Positions 43,816-58,316 of a DNA stretch of 64,000 nucleotides are shown piece after piece. The stretch is taken from NCBI GenBank assembly GCA_964016885.1, contig OZ024746.1, positions 57,598,001 to 57,662,000 of the forward strand. The letters are read 5' to 3'. This stretch comes from Eledone cirrhosa (taxonomy: Eukaryota). Every line of letters starts with the position of its first letter. Within the stretch, counting starts at the first letter, position 1. The translations under genes and the position numbers were made by a program. The notes under the pieces were generated by a model. The model was not told the DNA's origin, ran no database searches, and worked only from the letters and a program-made list of their open reading frames with translations.

Positions 43816-44515
43816 GTTTAAACGTCATCAGTATGGCTTATTGTTGCCTCATTTGATCACCGATGTTCGCAGGCTAAACACAATACCAACGTGTACGATA
43901 GTCCATGGTAAATCTTTTTAATTACATGTTCTTGAGGCTGTTGCAAAGGGCAATAACCCTAGACGCAATGTTGATCAACTTTTTTTCACATATAGCAAAT
44001 TTACCGGGACAGGTCTTTAGCTACTCAAATCTACTTCAGAGGTCACGCATTCATGTAAAAAATCAATAAAACTGAAACAGGGGTTAGACTTTGCGCAAAA
44101 AACAAGGCAAAGTTGCAGATGGGATAATTTTTTACAGGAACGTCCGATTTTCGTGAAAACTGTCGCAAATGATTCGTCCATTATGCCGCGATTCAGATAA
44201 AGTCCCTTTTATTTCTTCTTCTGCATATGTGAGCGCCAAAATTGTTAAAATAAAAAAATTTGTAAAAATCGACTTTTTCACCCTGCTTTAAAAATCAACT
44301 GAAATTTCAATTTCAAGTTAATTTGACTTCCGTCAGTCTTGCAAAGAACAATTTCAACAATACACTCTGAACCTACAATTGATCCATTATTTATGCTCAA
44401 TTACACACCTGCGTATACTAACCTCTATTTTTTCCCTTGAGGTTCGAAGGTTTTTGCACCTGTGATGCGCGGGAAGTAACTTTCAAACATTTTAACAGAC
44501 CAAAGGTCGACTTAC

Positions 44516-44939
<424 letters not shown>

Positions 44940-45042
44940 ATTTTATTTTACATTACTCCGGAGTAACAAAACCAACATGCGCACTTCGTCGAGTGCTTCG
45001 ATCTGCATACAACCAAAATATACTAAAACAAAAGCAAAAAAA

Positions 45043-45117
45043 AATATATATATATATATGTCTATATATATATATATATATATGTATATAAAGAGGGAGC
45101 AAGAGAGGGGTAGAGAG

Positions 45118-45200
<83 letters not shown>
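45043..45200. repeat. Compound (TA)n/(GA)n microsatellite
   Basis: Direct runs. Confidence 0.95.
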
Positions 45201-45202
<2 letters not shown>

Positions 45203-45749
45203 TATATGAAAGTTCATATGCAGGAGATTATTGTAAATAATACAGTTTGTTATAATTCACTGTGAATTCACTGTGAATAATCAAACTCCATATATTTTAA
45301 TTGGTTGTTATGGATAGTTTAGAAAATCAAGTAAAGGCTACCTACAGGAAACAAATAAAAATGGCCTGAGGTTGCTATGAAGATTCTGGCCGGCTGCTTT
45401 AACCATTGAGTTTAAAGGTCACTGACAATTACCGTCTGAATTAGAAGTTAAATCTAATAGATTTGTAAATGTAAACATTATCGAATTTTCATACATTTTC
45501 GATGAACCTAATAATCTCATAGTGCTTCGAAAGTTCAAACTTCGCACTCGATGCTTTTTACATTTTCTAAGATTCTTGACTTATGTTTTAATTTAGACAT
45601 TAATTTTGTCAGAGGCCGTTTTAGCTCGATGTTCAGAAAGCAGAAATTATCCGACAACTGGCCACTTTTATCCATATATGTGTCTTTACCTGATTTCCTG
45701 AGTTATTTATAGCAACCAAGTGTATTAAGAATTATTGTCTGCGCCTAAG

Positions 45750-45758
45750 TATATGTGT

Positions 45759-45834
<76 letters not shown>

Positions 45835-45844
45835 ACCTGCATAC

Positions 45845-45906
<62 letters not shown>

Positions 45907-45920
45907 ATGTGTGTGTGTGA
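45750..45920. repeat. Compound (TA)n/(TG)n microsatellite
   Basis: Direct runs. Confidence 0.95.
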
Positions 45921-46962
45921 AGAAAATGCATGTATGTATAAAAGTATTTCAGTGTAAATTGTAACGAGCCCTACATATGTAAACATAGTGGTGCTTTATA
46001 TTACTTATAATACATTGCAATTCAGAATATCATTTCGTCGGTACTCAGACTGTCATAGTGTTATCAGTTTGCTCGTAACAGGTAAATCCTGCAAGGACCA
46101 TCAATATTCAACCTTCATAGGAAGATATATGTATCCTTCTTGTTTATTTCTGGCGTTGAATCACCCTCGAACAAATTTCTTTGCGGACCTTTTCTTATTT
46201 TTCTAATCTACGGAAGGAAATGTGTGTGTGTGTGAGGGGGGGGTATGTGTGTGTGTGTGGCAGCTGCATTTAATTTTTTTCTGATGTAGAACATGTAATA
46301 TTCATTCGACATCCTGTCGATTTTCCTGAATCTACAGCGGGCGTAGGAGTTTTAAAAACTTCCTGCGGTGCGGATTGTGGCGCTCCTGGTATGATATGGG
46401 CGTCAGATTACGTTTAGTACAAAAATGGAGTAGGATCTTTGTGCACTGCGGGCGCGATTTCCATATTTCACATTTGGTATTAAGTAATAAATATAGTAAC
46501 AAATTTTAAAATTTCGTAAGTCCACCAACGCCTTTAAAACTTGTTGAAAAAAGATATTCACAATATAAAGTCATTGTAGTACGGCGTCTTACTTTCAGAC
46601 AAAACTAAAAATATTTACAAAGTATTAATAGCTATAAACATTTCCAACCAATTATTGGAAAATAACATCACCAGCAAAATATATTAAATACAAGCAGAAC
46701 GCCTCCGACAATATCAACAGATAAAGGAAACAAATCAGACCTGTCAACTCATCCCATCCGACGTGGAGATCCCCCAAATACTTGGAGGTTCATGAGAGCT
46801 GTCTCTTATTGAGAAAATGTGTATAGCTTAACATTATGTAAAATTTTCCCATTTTGCTATTTTGGCTGGTCTGACAAATGGCCATCGAGCTAAAGTTAGA
46901 TGATAGAATGGATACTTTAACCTTGCATAACATCTTTTGTCACCATTAATGTAACTTCTCTT

Positions 46963-47090
46963 ACGTCCCTTTACGATCTGAGTTCAAATCCCGCCGAGGT
47001 TGACTTTGCCTTTCATCCTTACGGGGTCGATAAAATAAAGTACCAGTGAGGCACTGGGTAGTTGCTGGCCTTGTGCCTAAAGTAGAAACA
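46963..47090 (+). mobile_element. 5'-truncated tRNA-derived SINE (Meta/MESC-like core)
   Basis: B-box GAGTTCAAATCC, then core GGTTGACTTTGCCTTTCATCCTTACGGGGTCGATAAAATAAAGTACCAG shared with four other copies in the window. Flanked by an 18-bp TSD with 2 mismatches (46945-46962 and 47091-47108). Confidence 0.88.
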
Positions 47091-47527
47091 ATTAATATGA
47101 CTTCTCTTCTAACCCTAAGTTTAGATTAACACAACGATGCAAATCAGTAATCGGTATAGTTATCAAAAACAATTTAATGAACATTAATATCAACATTAGG
47201 CAGCCCCCAGCCTATGGAAGGGAACAAACAGCGTAGATGTCAATAGATGGTTCAACAATATCAGCAACAGAATGATCGTCAGATTTATCTCCTGGGATGT
47301 TCTAGATGTTTCTCATTCAATCAACAGATTTTTTTGATAGAGCACTAACTTTCGCCAATAGAATCTATACCATAGAAAATGCGAACCACAAGATTATAAT
47401 TCACAGGAGGAGACCACTGCTCTTAAAACACGACAAAACATGGGTAAAATACAAACAGACTAAAGGGGAATCTTTGACGGTCGCATGACCTCGATTAACG
47501 GAGTAGACATATGCGATTCAACTGTCT

Positions 47528-47651
<124 letters not shown>

Positions 47652-48977
47652 ATTCCACTAGATGGCATTTACACTCCCGTACGACGATAATACGGACGGT
47701 AATATAGACGGTAATACGAACGGACATAAAAAGAGCAGATTAAGAAACGATAGTCAAACATTTAAATCCTTCGGGCTAAAATTCAGTATAAACGTACACC
47801 CGATCACAATAAATTTAGATATAACCGAAAATCTATCCACTTCCCTGTTCTTGATGTTACTGAAATTCATAATTTGTATATATAATGTCTATTGCATACG
47901 TTCTTTAGAAGATTTCTTCACCTGTTGCTAGATCTATCCCTTCTCCTACCTTACGAACCTTTGAAGAAAATGCTGAACAGAATAGATCTAAATCAGCATG
48001 CTTAATCATTTAAACGATCTAAGTGACCTCAGCTTCACCATCTTACGTACATATAATGAGCAGTACACTACTACATTCTACTTTCATTAAACTGCAATGT
48101 ACTTTGATTAATAATGGTTTTACCATTTATGTAACTAGTATCTTATCCGCGTGTGTGTGTTTTTTGTGTGTGTGTGTGAGTCAGTCTATGTGTGTGTATG
48201 TGCTATATACATGTTTCCTTGCTGATGATATAGAATTCACCTTTATTTTCATACTTACTAGCATAAAGAAAGTATAAGACAATATTATACACGTTCGTAT
48301 ATATGCTATAGCAAAACATCTAAAGATATTAAAGTCACCGTGATTATTTCTCAAAATCTCCATCAAAGATAAATATAATATAATAAATAAATAAAAACAG
48401 CCTGCAGAACAGATTTAAGGTGGATATTAGCATTCTCAAGTCAATTCTATCGCTGGATACTTGCCACGATTTCACAACAGTAAGAACTTTAATTCTTACA
48501 GTTATTATACTAACATGGTTTATTTTTGTACTAGAAGAACCACTAACGTAAGTTCGTAGACATTTGTTCGCTTGTATTGTAACAGAGGGTGAATGATATG
48601 CAGAATTATATTATAAACGTAAAAGTGAATATAAATGTTGTTGGTTGCAGTAATTCCTAAGAGGTACAACAGAATTAGAATTAGGCAGCTTTATATAGAT
48701 GTTTATTATTATAAACTGACATATTCCATGTTAATTGGTAACCTGCATAGACAGGTATAATGTAATATTTCTAACCTAACATATTTTATAGTTAGAAGAC
48801 ATTGCTGACCCTAGAATATGACTAAAGGACGTATTATGGGAAATATGAATCATAGGGTTTCATAATGCAGTACGAAGATGATGACATTGTAGATTTATTC
48901 CAACACTGATTTAGTGAGGTATAAATTGTTGAACTGAAATCTTGTTGGGTACCGGCATTTGAATATCCCCAAAGATT

Positions 48978-49360
48978 TCAGTTTATAGGTTTATGTCGTT
49001 TCTGTTTTCCATATATCACAGTCTTGTTAAACAGACACCAGTAACTGAGTTGGACGTTGCTTTTGTTTAATATTTTCCTGATATCGTTGTTTGTTGGAAA
49101 AGTGCCTTGTAACATATTCAAAAAATATTGCCGAGCAAAAAGCGGGCATTGGTCGAACCATACTGTTTTCAATTTACGGTCTACAGACACATTTGTTTAA
49201 TTATTATGAAGGGGGAGTTTATCACTGAAGATTTTCAACGCCACTGCGTCATAGTAATATCGAGACACTTTTGTAACAGAGGCCTAAACTTGACAGGCGT
49301 ATGCTAATATTCGGGCTGTTGTTGGTGCGTTGTTCAATCTTTGGCTGATATATTGTACGC
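48978..49360 (-). mobile_element. Decayed Penelope-like retroelement, RT thumb/linker piece
   Basis: Minus-strand translation with frameshifts gives [14 protein letters not shown] / ISIRLSSL / RKLKTVWFDQCP..FLNMLQGTFPTNNDIRKILNKSNVQLSYWCLFN. This resembles the PLE motifs YIxxxSNHPP, RxRxIIWFNPP and HKIFNRNTVKVSYSCMPN. Confidence 0.75.
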
Positions 49361-49364
49361 TTCC

Positions 49365-49491
49365 TATACATACATGCATATATATATATATACACATATA
49401 TATACATATATATATACATATATACATACATATATATATATATAAATATATACATATATATATATACATATATATACATATACATACATAC

Positions 49492-49563
<72 letters not shown>

Positions 49564-49570
49564 TATATGA
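49365..49570. repeat. (TA)n/(TACA)n microsatellite
   Basis: Direct runs. Confidence 0.95.
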
Positions 49571-49944
49571 GCAATTCCATGCAGCAATACTAGCAATAAA
49601 AATAAATCCTGTTACTAAGGTAAAACATACACAATGAATACCACACAAGAGAATATTGCATAATAAACTGAACACAAGAGAAACGGAGGGAAAGGAAGGA
49701 AGGGGGATTTTGGAGGGTGCATGGTACATGGGAGTATATGAATGTATTATTATTCATATGCGTAAAAGTTAGGTCAATAGAAAGAGCTGCATGAAAGATC
49801 AACTCAATATAGGTGGAAAACAGCGAACAATGAATCTCACATGCTAATTGTTATTGTGTTGAATATAGTATAAAGACCTGCATATTACATTGACTGATGA
49901 CTCTCTAACGACAAACGATATCTCATGTATATTATTGTTTATGC

Positions 49945-51090
<1,146 letters not shown>

Positions 51091-51355
51091 ACAATGAGTC
51101 ACCTACCGAAGATAGAGACAGGATAGGAGAATGAAAGAGGGAGCTAGAGACATATCAGAGATAGAAAGAGATGCTTCCAGAACGATAGAGTCAATGAGAC
51201 AACGACAAATGTACCGAAAGAGAGAGACTGAGAGATGTATAGAGATAGAAATAGGGAAATAGTGGTAGATCGTGGGTGGGTGGAAGGATACACACAGATA
51301 CATAAACGAACAAATGTTAAAATACGTGAGTACGGAATGTGACAAAAATATATAA

Positions 51356-51388
51356 ATACTACTAACAACAACAACAACGATAATAATA

Positions 51389-51444
<56 letters not shown>

Positions 51445-51508
51445 AATTATTATTATTATTATTATAACAAAAATAATAGTAATACTAATATTAATAATAA
51501 TGATAATA
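51356..51508. repeat. Trinucleotide microsatellite (AAC)n/(TAA)n/(ATT)n
   Basis: Direct runs; source of the poly-Ile ORF. Confidence 0.93.
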
Positions 51509-52560
51509 AGGGAAGCAGATAAAACGTTGAAATGACAAACATCATGCAGTATGAGAGGATGGGTGGGCATTACTAATATAAAAGATGAAAGAATCTATCC
51601 GATATCAGCCAAAAAATACATGGAAGAAATATAACAAATGTAAAAATGTCCCCCCTAAAATAGAAAAATGACAAACATCAAAACCCTAAAATGAAAAAAA
51701 TAAGAATGACAAAGAAAAAATAAACGAAGCGAAATATACGGAGAAAGAAGCAACAACAAAATACTATAGTTCTATGAATATTAGCCAGAGAAAACTAGCA
51801 ATATTACAAAAGCAAGACGTATGCAATTGAATATGGGGAAATGTATGAAAGTGAGGAAATGTTGGTGCCGATATATGGAATGTCCTCTGTAAATGGGAAT
51901 ATATTAAAAGCGCTAAAAATTGAAAGAAATGAAAATGAAAATTATTAATTCCGTCAATGGTAAGAAAAAAAAAAGTGAGCCAAAAACATAATATATACGG
52001 CAAAAAAAACCCACGTATAAATAAATACATAAAATGAATAAATAAGTATATACATATATAAATAAATAATTGAATTTACCAAAATAATGCGTGTAGGAAG
52101 CAAATGTTAAAAAGTTACAAATGCAACAACGTCATGGACAGCAATATCACCAGTTTTAATAATAATAGTAATAATAACAATAATACTATCATTAATAATA
52201 AGGATTTCTAACATTGTTATATAATGCAATGCATCCTCCGTCCGTTCTGATGAAGAGTGTTCCAGTTGTCCTCTTTTTTGATATAACGGAACAGATTGCT
52301 GTTGAAATTGACATAAATTGCGCTGAGCATTTTCATAGGCACGTGCACTGTTAACATAATTCCCAAATAAAGCCAGCGTGAAACAAGATGTGACAAATCT
52401 TGTCCTTAGAGGTACAACTAATATCGTTACCATCTGAATGGACAGAAGTGACTTCAAATAAATTGATTTACTCAAGGACAAAATGCCGAGAATCGAACTA
52501 ATCTTTTTACGATCGTAAGACAAATATTCCGACCATTAAAATGCCCCCGTTTCTCCTTCA

Positions 52561-52571
52561 ATATATATATA

Positions 52572-52644
<73 letters not shown>
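52561..52644. repeat. (TA)n microsatellite
   Basis: Direct run. Confidence 0.95.
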
Positions 52645-52647
<3 letters not shown>

Positions 52648-52758
52648 TATTTTCCGTTGTGTTGTAATATAAATATTACACACAGTAGATTGACAGCTCA
52701 CGTAGAATTTGCTCGACGGTTCCAGTTGTAGTTCCAAAAGTAATCCGGAGAAAAATAG

Positions 52759-53065
52759 AAAGATTTGAATGGATACAGTTTAGTTGAAAGGAATTTATTG
52801 ACACGTGTTTCTATAACAGTTACATAACCTGAAAACAGCTGCTATCTACAAAGTATTAGTTATGCAGACATTCAATATTTCAATGTTATTATTTACTGTC
52901 ATTTCATCAGAATAATTCTGATGAAATGACAGTAAATAATAACATTGAAATATTGAATGTCTGCATAACTAATACTTTGTAGATAGCAGCTGTTTTCAGG
53001 TTATGTAACTGTTATAGAAACACGTGTCAATAAATTCCTTTCAACTAAACTGTATCCATTCAAAT

Positions 53066-53069
<4 letters not shown>
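52759..53069. repeat. Perfect 311-bp palindrome (155-bp arms, 1-nt centre at 52914)
   Basis: 52759-52913 is the exact reverse complement of 52915-53069 by base-by-base reading. It is followed directly by (TA)n at 53069-53100. Confidence 0.95.
52915..53031 (+). ncRNA. Hammerhead ribozyme-like motif with extended helix II (mirror copy on the minus strand, 52797-52913)
   Basis: ATT-CTGATGA (52918-24), a 92-nt insert closed by ATGACAGT/ACTGTTAT, GAAA (53017-20), CACGTG palindromic helix III, TC (GUC cleavage triplet), then AAT overlapping AATAAA. Helix I is only 3 bp and the first helix II position is A.A. Confidence 0.6.
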
Positions 53070-53105
<36 letters not shown>

Positions 53106-53772
53106 CCACCATCGTCGATTGCTCCGTCTTAGATGAATAAGTGCCTCTAACAGGAGCGCATATGAGGCAACTATACCAGTTGCGCCAATAAGCATTCAGG
53201 GATACGGTCTCCTTTTATATGAATGGATTTCTCGACTGCAACATCCACCGCTACAATATCCTTCTCGCCAAATTGGTATATGACAGAATAACAATTGAAA
53301 CAGAAAAATGGTTTGACTTCGATAATAATTGCATATGCAAATGTATATTTATACTATTGAGACATAGAGAGAAGGGTAGTACCCAGGACCAGGGTCAAGA
53401 GGAAATATAAAAGAAAGTAACGAATGTATGCTGAAACCAGAGTCATGGCCCAAATGCTTGGAACCAGAGAGATTCCGCTAAAGGCAACTAATGGTCAGGT
53501 GGCAGTAAATAATTAGATACCAGCTCATGTCTACTAGTCTATATATGTCTACATATTAACAAAGTAGTTGACATTTTCACCTTCGCTCCCACCTCACTAC
53601 AGTGTCATTTCAATCGCCAGATTGAAATTCGATGTTTTACGCAGGGCCACGTGCTCCCTTTCTTAATAAACGACAGTTTATATAGTGAGTTTAAAATAAT
53701 TCAAATAACCGTTATCGATTAACATTAAATGTTGTTTTTATAAAAATTTTGTATGTGATTAATAATAATAAT

Positions 53773-53989
53773 GATTTTTAGTATAGGCACAATGCCAGTA
53801 ATTTAGTGGGAGGGGAAGTCAATTAAATCGAACCTAGTACGTTACTGATGCTTTATTTAATCGACCCCATAAGGATGAAAGGCAAATTAACCTTGGCGCT
53901 ATTTGAACTCAGACCGTAAAGGTCCGTAACTCTATTCTGCAAAGCATGGTGTCCGACTCTCTACTGATATTGCCAATCCACCGCCCTGA
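53773..53989 (-). mobile_element. Full-length diverged tRNA-derived SINE
   Basis: The minus strand reads GGGCGGTGGATTGGCAATATCAG (A-box-like), GAGTTCAAAT (B-box-like) and GCCTTTCATCCTTATGGGGTCGAT (core). Perfect 16-bp TSD GATTAATAATAATAAT at 53757-53772 and 53990-54005. Confidence 0.9.
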
Positions 53990-55303
53990 GATTAATAATA
54001 ATAATATACCATCTCGATGGTATATTATTATTATTATTATTATTATTATTTAAATATTACACGTAACAATATTTATGAATTTTTCTATAACCTACAATGA
54101 AATCTGCTCAAGATCCAGTGCATTGGAATCGAACTGTGGACCATATTATTACAATTGGAATACCTTTCGTATTAAGTGGAATACTTTATTTGTGAATAGA
54201 GAGAATTATATTAGAAAGAAGACACGAAATTGTCAGATGAGTTAACAGTTGAGTATTTTGTCGAAATTATAAATGAGATTGCACGAAGAAACTTTATGAT
54301 GAGCAAATTGAAATTATAAAAATCAACACCATAGTGCTTTTGCATTTTTCCATTGGAAATGACGCTGAAATATCAATTAGCAAAACTGAAAATTTGCTGT
54401 GAACAAAAGAGAAAATGTTACTTACGTGATATTGTAAAGGCTGGCTACATTAGAAAGCAAAGAACGTGTAAACCTAAAAGAATATAATATTGAAATATAG
54501 ACAATAAATATTTCATGACTAGTTAAAGTAAATACTATCAATAGTAATAGCAGTTAATAGCTTACTTTGGATCCTGAGATGTCACCAAAACTAATGTCGT
54601 GAACTGGGGCGTACTAAGCCATGGTCTCATCTTTAGACCTTCTTGTACATCGGGATCCTTCTGGATTTCACTCTTTTAACCAACTACAGAGTCAATAATT
54701 TGACATATTTTCACCAGCCTTATGAATAAAATCAAACCACACCTGGCCTTAACATGGTAACTTTGTATAAAATCAGTGAAAAGATGCTAACGTAGGTTTT
54801 ACAGTTATAGAGGTAGTCTTCGATAGCTTCATTAGCTAGTAATCTGTAGTAAGATATAATTGGGAATGATAGATAGGATAATGTAACTAAGTTAATGTGG
54901 TCTTCGATATACTATATGCTTTGAAAAACAATGCGACTTATCGCAGCCTAAAAGCTTTTCATCATATTCATCCTTATTTTACACGAACGAGGTTTATAAT
55001 CAATAACTTAAACAATATCAACAACAATAACAAGCATTTTGATATATTATATACTTGCAACTGGCATGCCAAACTAGCAATGTATCTGAATTCAAAATAG
55101 CTGCATCCCAACCCCGCGAAAATGCTATATTATTACGAACAACTAGCACATAAAACAAGTGTGCTACAAATATGGATTATGTGCCGTATAAAATCAGTGG
55201 AACATGTTTTAAGAAGAGAAAATTACTGGTTTCAATTTGCACATGAAGAGATCAAACTACAGTAAATGATATTACAACGGACACTAAAATGAATAACGAC
55301 ATT

Positions 55304-55305
<2 letters not shown>

Positions 55306-55388
<83 letters not shown>

Positions 55389-55415
55389 CAGCAGCAGCAG
55401 CAGTAGTAGTAGTAG
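55306..55415. repeat. (GTA)n/(GCA)n trinucleotide microsatellite
   Basis: Direct runs; source of the poly-Val and poly-Thr ORFs. Confidence 0.97.
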
Positions 55416-56909
55416 AATTGATAATGATGATTTTATTTCCTAGACACAATGGCCGCAGACATCGGAGAACGTATGAAGACGAAAAGCAACATGGGACGAA
55501 GTTTACATCGAGTAAAGGGAGCATCAATAAAAAGGGGAAATGATAGATATAATTTTTAAAACATGTATAATAAATAGTCGTGACAAAAATAGAACATTCA
55601 AATAAATGCCGACTCAAGCAGTTCCTCAACAGATGGAAACTACGCTTTAGGGTAATTCCATTAAAGAAAACATTCTCAAAAACCATGGTTACTCTATTCA
55701 CCGACGTTAAAACGTGTGGTTTCTCTTCTCCGTTTTAATTGAATGAGGCCTGCCCAGCTTCATCAATCTCGTCGTAATCATCATCTTTCATTAAACACAC
55801 ACATTTTCCCCCTCGAGTGGTTCGTTAAGAACTTCATTAGTGTTTGACCAGGGAGAAAGTGTCCTGTTTCATTTCCCATAGCCACTAGGCCAAGGATGAT
55901 TTGACGTGCCGCTGTTCTAAAGCATGGGGAGAGGGGGCTCAATTTCAATTTTTGACGCGGATTATCGCTGGATCTGACCTACAATTGAGAGTTGTAGTTT
56001 GAAACCAACAACTATGCGTATATATCGCAGCACATATCTGCACATCATTAACGATGACACCTCCAGGCCACAATGAATTCGGGTTTAGTAACACATGGAT
56101 TTTCTGACCAGCGAGATTGTTCTCTTCTACAAAAAGTTCAAGAGTTTTCAGTCTGGTCTAGTGTGTTTTAGAGCAAGGCGTGACGATCAGGCGGTAGTAT
56201 AACATCGACGTGATGTAGGTGCTAGGCACATTTGAAGGGCAGATTTCTCACTGCCTCTTCCCGAATTCGATTAACTCCCTTGTTCGTAAACACTTCCTAG
56301 TTCTCTCTAGCGGGAGCACGAGTTCCAAAACAACTCGAAGCACTTTAACGTGACTTTCCACGTGCTAAATTGCAAGACCCGTGACTTTTCCTGTTTAATG
56401 CAAATTCCAGTAATTGGCTGGTGCTCACCCTGTATGATGACAACTACGTATATATCTGAAGTGTTTGAAACCATGACATGGACGTTATCTGCGTCCACTG
56501 AGACAGCTCTTTTGCTATCAGATTTCCATTCTCTGTGGCAAAGGCTCCTGTACAAACACTGAGACGACAGGTGAGGAGATGTTATTAATTCTCTGAGCGT
56601 TCGATATGGAAGTGTTCCGATAAGTGGCCGTTTTGGATGACCATTGAAGAACATAATGTTCCAGCTGCTGGAAAGTAGGCCGAAACAATGTTCTCTTGGG
56701 ACATGTGGACTGTAGACATTTTAAAATTTTACTGGGAGACGCCATTTCATAATGTTGGATTTAGTAGACGGACAATGGTATATCGCCGCTCTCTGGGTTA
56801 TGACCATCTTTCTACAATAACGGATCAGACCAGAGCAAGAAACTATTCAATTTGAATGAAAGACAAAAAAAAAAAAAAGAAAAATACGCAATCAAATTCA
56901 AATGAGTTA

Positions 56910-57080
56910 ATATTAAACGTATCGGACACCATGCTTTCTAGCATAGTTACGTCCGTTTACGGTCTGAGTACAAATCCCGCCGAGATTAACATTGCCTTTC
57001 ATTCTTACGGGGTCGATAAAATAAAGTAACAGTAATGCACTGAGATAACTGCTGACCTTGTGTCAAAAGTAGAAATAATT
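56910..57080 (+). mobile_element. Diverged SINE copy (same family)
   Basis: TCGGACACCATGCTTT..TTTACGGTCTGAGTACAAATCCCGCCGAG..GCCTTTCATTCTTACGGGGTCGATAAAATAAAG..CCTTGTGTCAAAAGTAGAAA aligns with the other copies. Confidence 0.85.
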
Positions 57081-57803
57081 AAAAGTATAGCTGCATCTGA
57101 ACAATAGTTTATATCATAATAATCTTGCTCCTATTCCTTAGCGTTGTTTCCAGCTTTTATTTCATATTATGTTGGCGTCCATAATCTTCCCAGTTACGAA
57201 AAATATTTAACCTATTTTCAATTCAACATACGATTCTTAATGTACTTTATTGATATTGTCCTTATTTGTAGATTTAGCAGAATCATTAAAATGTGATAAA
57301 TTTATTCCGACTTCAAATCCAGTTATTTTTACCTTTCTGGGACCGATACTATATAGTAGCTTTTATGTATTTGTGTTCCTAATATCGACTAGTACTTTCC
57401 ACAAAAGCGTTGACCTTGTGCCAATATTAGAAAGAATTATCATTCTTAATGATCTTGTTTTCTTCGCCTGGTGTAAATTTCTTGTTTTCATTTGTTTACA
57501 ACACATATTTTTGCACTTCTGTTATTTTTCGTTTTTAATGCACCTTCATGTTGTATGGAATGAAACACTATATCCGAGGCCTACGGGCCAGAAATCATCC
57601 CAAATATTTTGGTGTTTTACAAAAAAAAAAAAAAAGAAATCATACACGGACATTTTGCGTCACCAGATTTCTTTTTCTTTCAGCTTTCAAGAAATATCAA
57701 TTTCACCTTAAGGAATGACAGTGAAACACGAGAAATTGTAAAGATTGCTATTTCAAATTCTACCAGCAAGACTGTTAGCAAATCCAACATTATTTTCAGT
57801 GAC

Positions 57804-57901
57804 AGCCGGGGTTAACTTTGCCTTTCATCCTTACGGGGTCAATAACATAAAGCACTAGTAATACACTGGGATAATTGCAGGCCTTGTGCCAAATGTAGAC
57901 A
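57804..57901 (+). mobile_element. 5'-truncated SINE copy
   Basis: Core TTTGCCTTTCATCCTTACGGGGTC. Perfect 15-bp TSD ATTATTTTCAGTGAC at 57789-57803 and 57902-57916. Confidence 0.9.
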
Positions 57902-58316
57902 ATTATTTTCAGTGACTGCATGATAAAACCAACGCAACAAATGACAATAACGACAAAGAGAGATATCACTAGCACAAGCAGGACATTCCACTGCCCGTTC
58001 GGAATTCAAGTCATGACATATGCCGGGTAAAGACATCCAGTAGCAGTTGGATTCCATATGTAGAGAGAAGAGATAAAATAGGAAAAAAAACAATTAAGCT
58101 GAACAAACCCTGCCCATCAAAATCAGCGTGGTAGTTAAATAAAAGCCACCAGGTTAAGCAAAACAGCAATAGCAACTTCCAGCATGAAAACAATAACCAC
58201 AGACACCACCAATACTACAAGCTTCACAACACACGAAAGCATAATTGAATCTGCTTCCATATCAAATCTAAAACCGAAATATATGTATTAACACAAAATA
58301 ATTATATTACCTAGAC

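Noticed and set aside
42988-43856. Overlapping Pro/Cys/His-rich ORFs in three frames
   Set aside because: They arise from the C-rich 173-bp minisatellite. The period is not a multiple of 3 and all frames are open for compositional reasons.
52240-52292. Third hammerhead-like motif (TCCGTT-CTGATGA-AGAG..CTCT..AACGGA)
   Set aside because: Helix I and II-like pairing is present but the essential GAAA box is missing. At best a dead remnant, so it is not called.
53900-53989. tRNA gene
   Set aside because: The A- and B-box-like motifs belong to the SINE head and no cloverleaf can be drawn.
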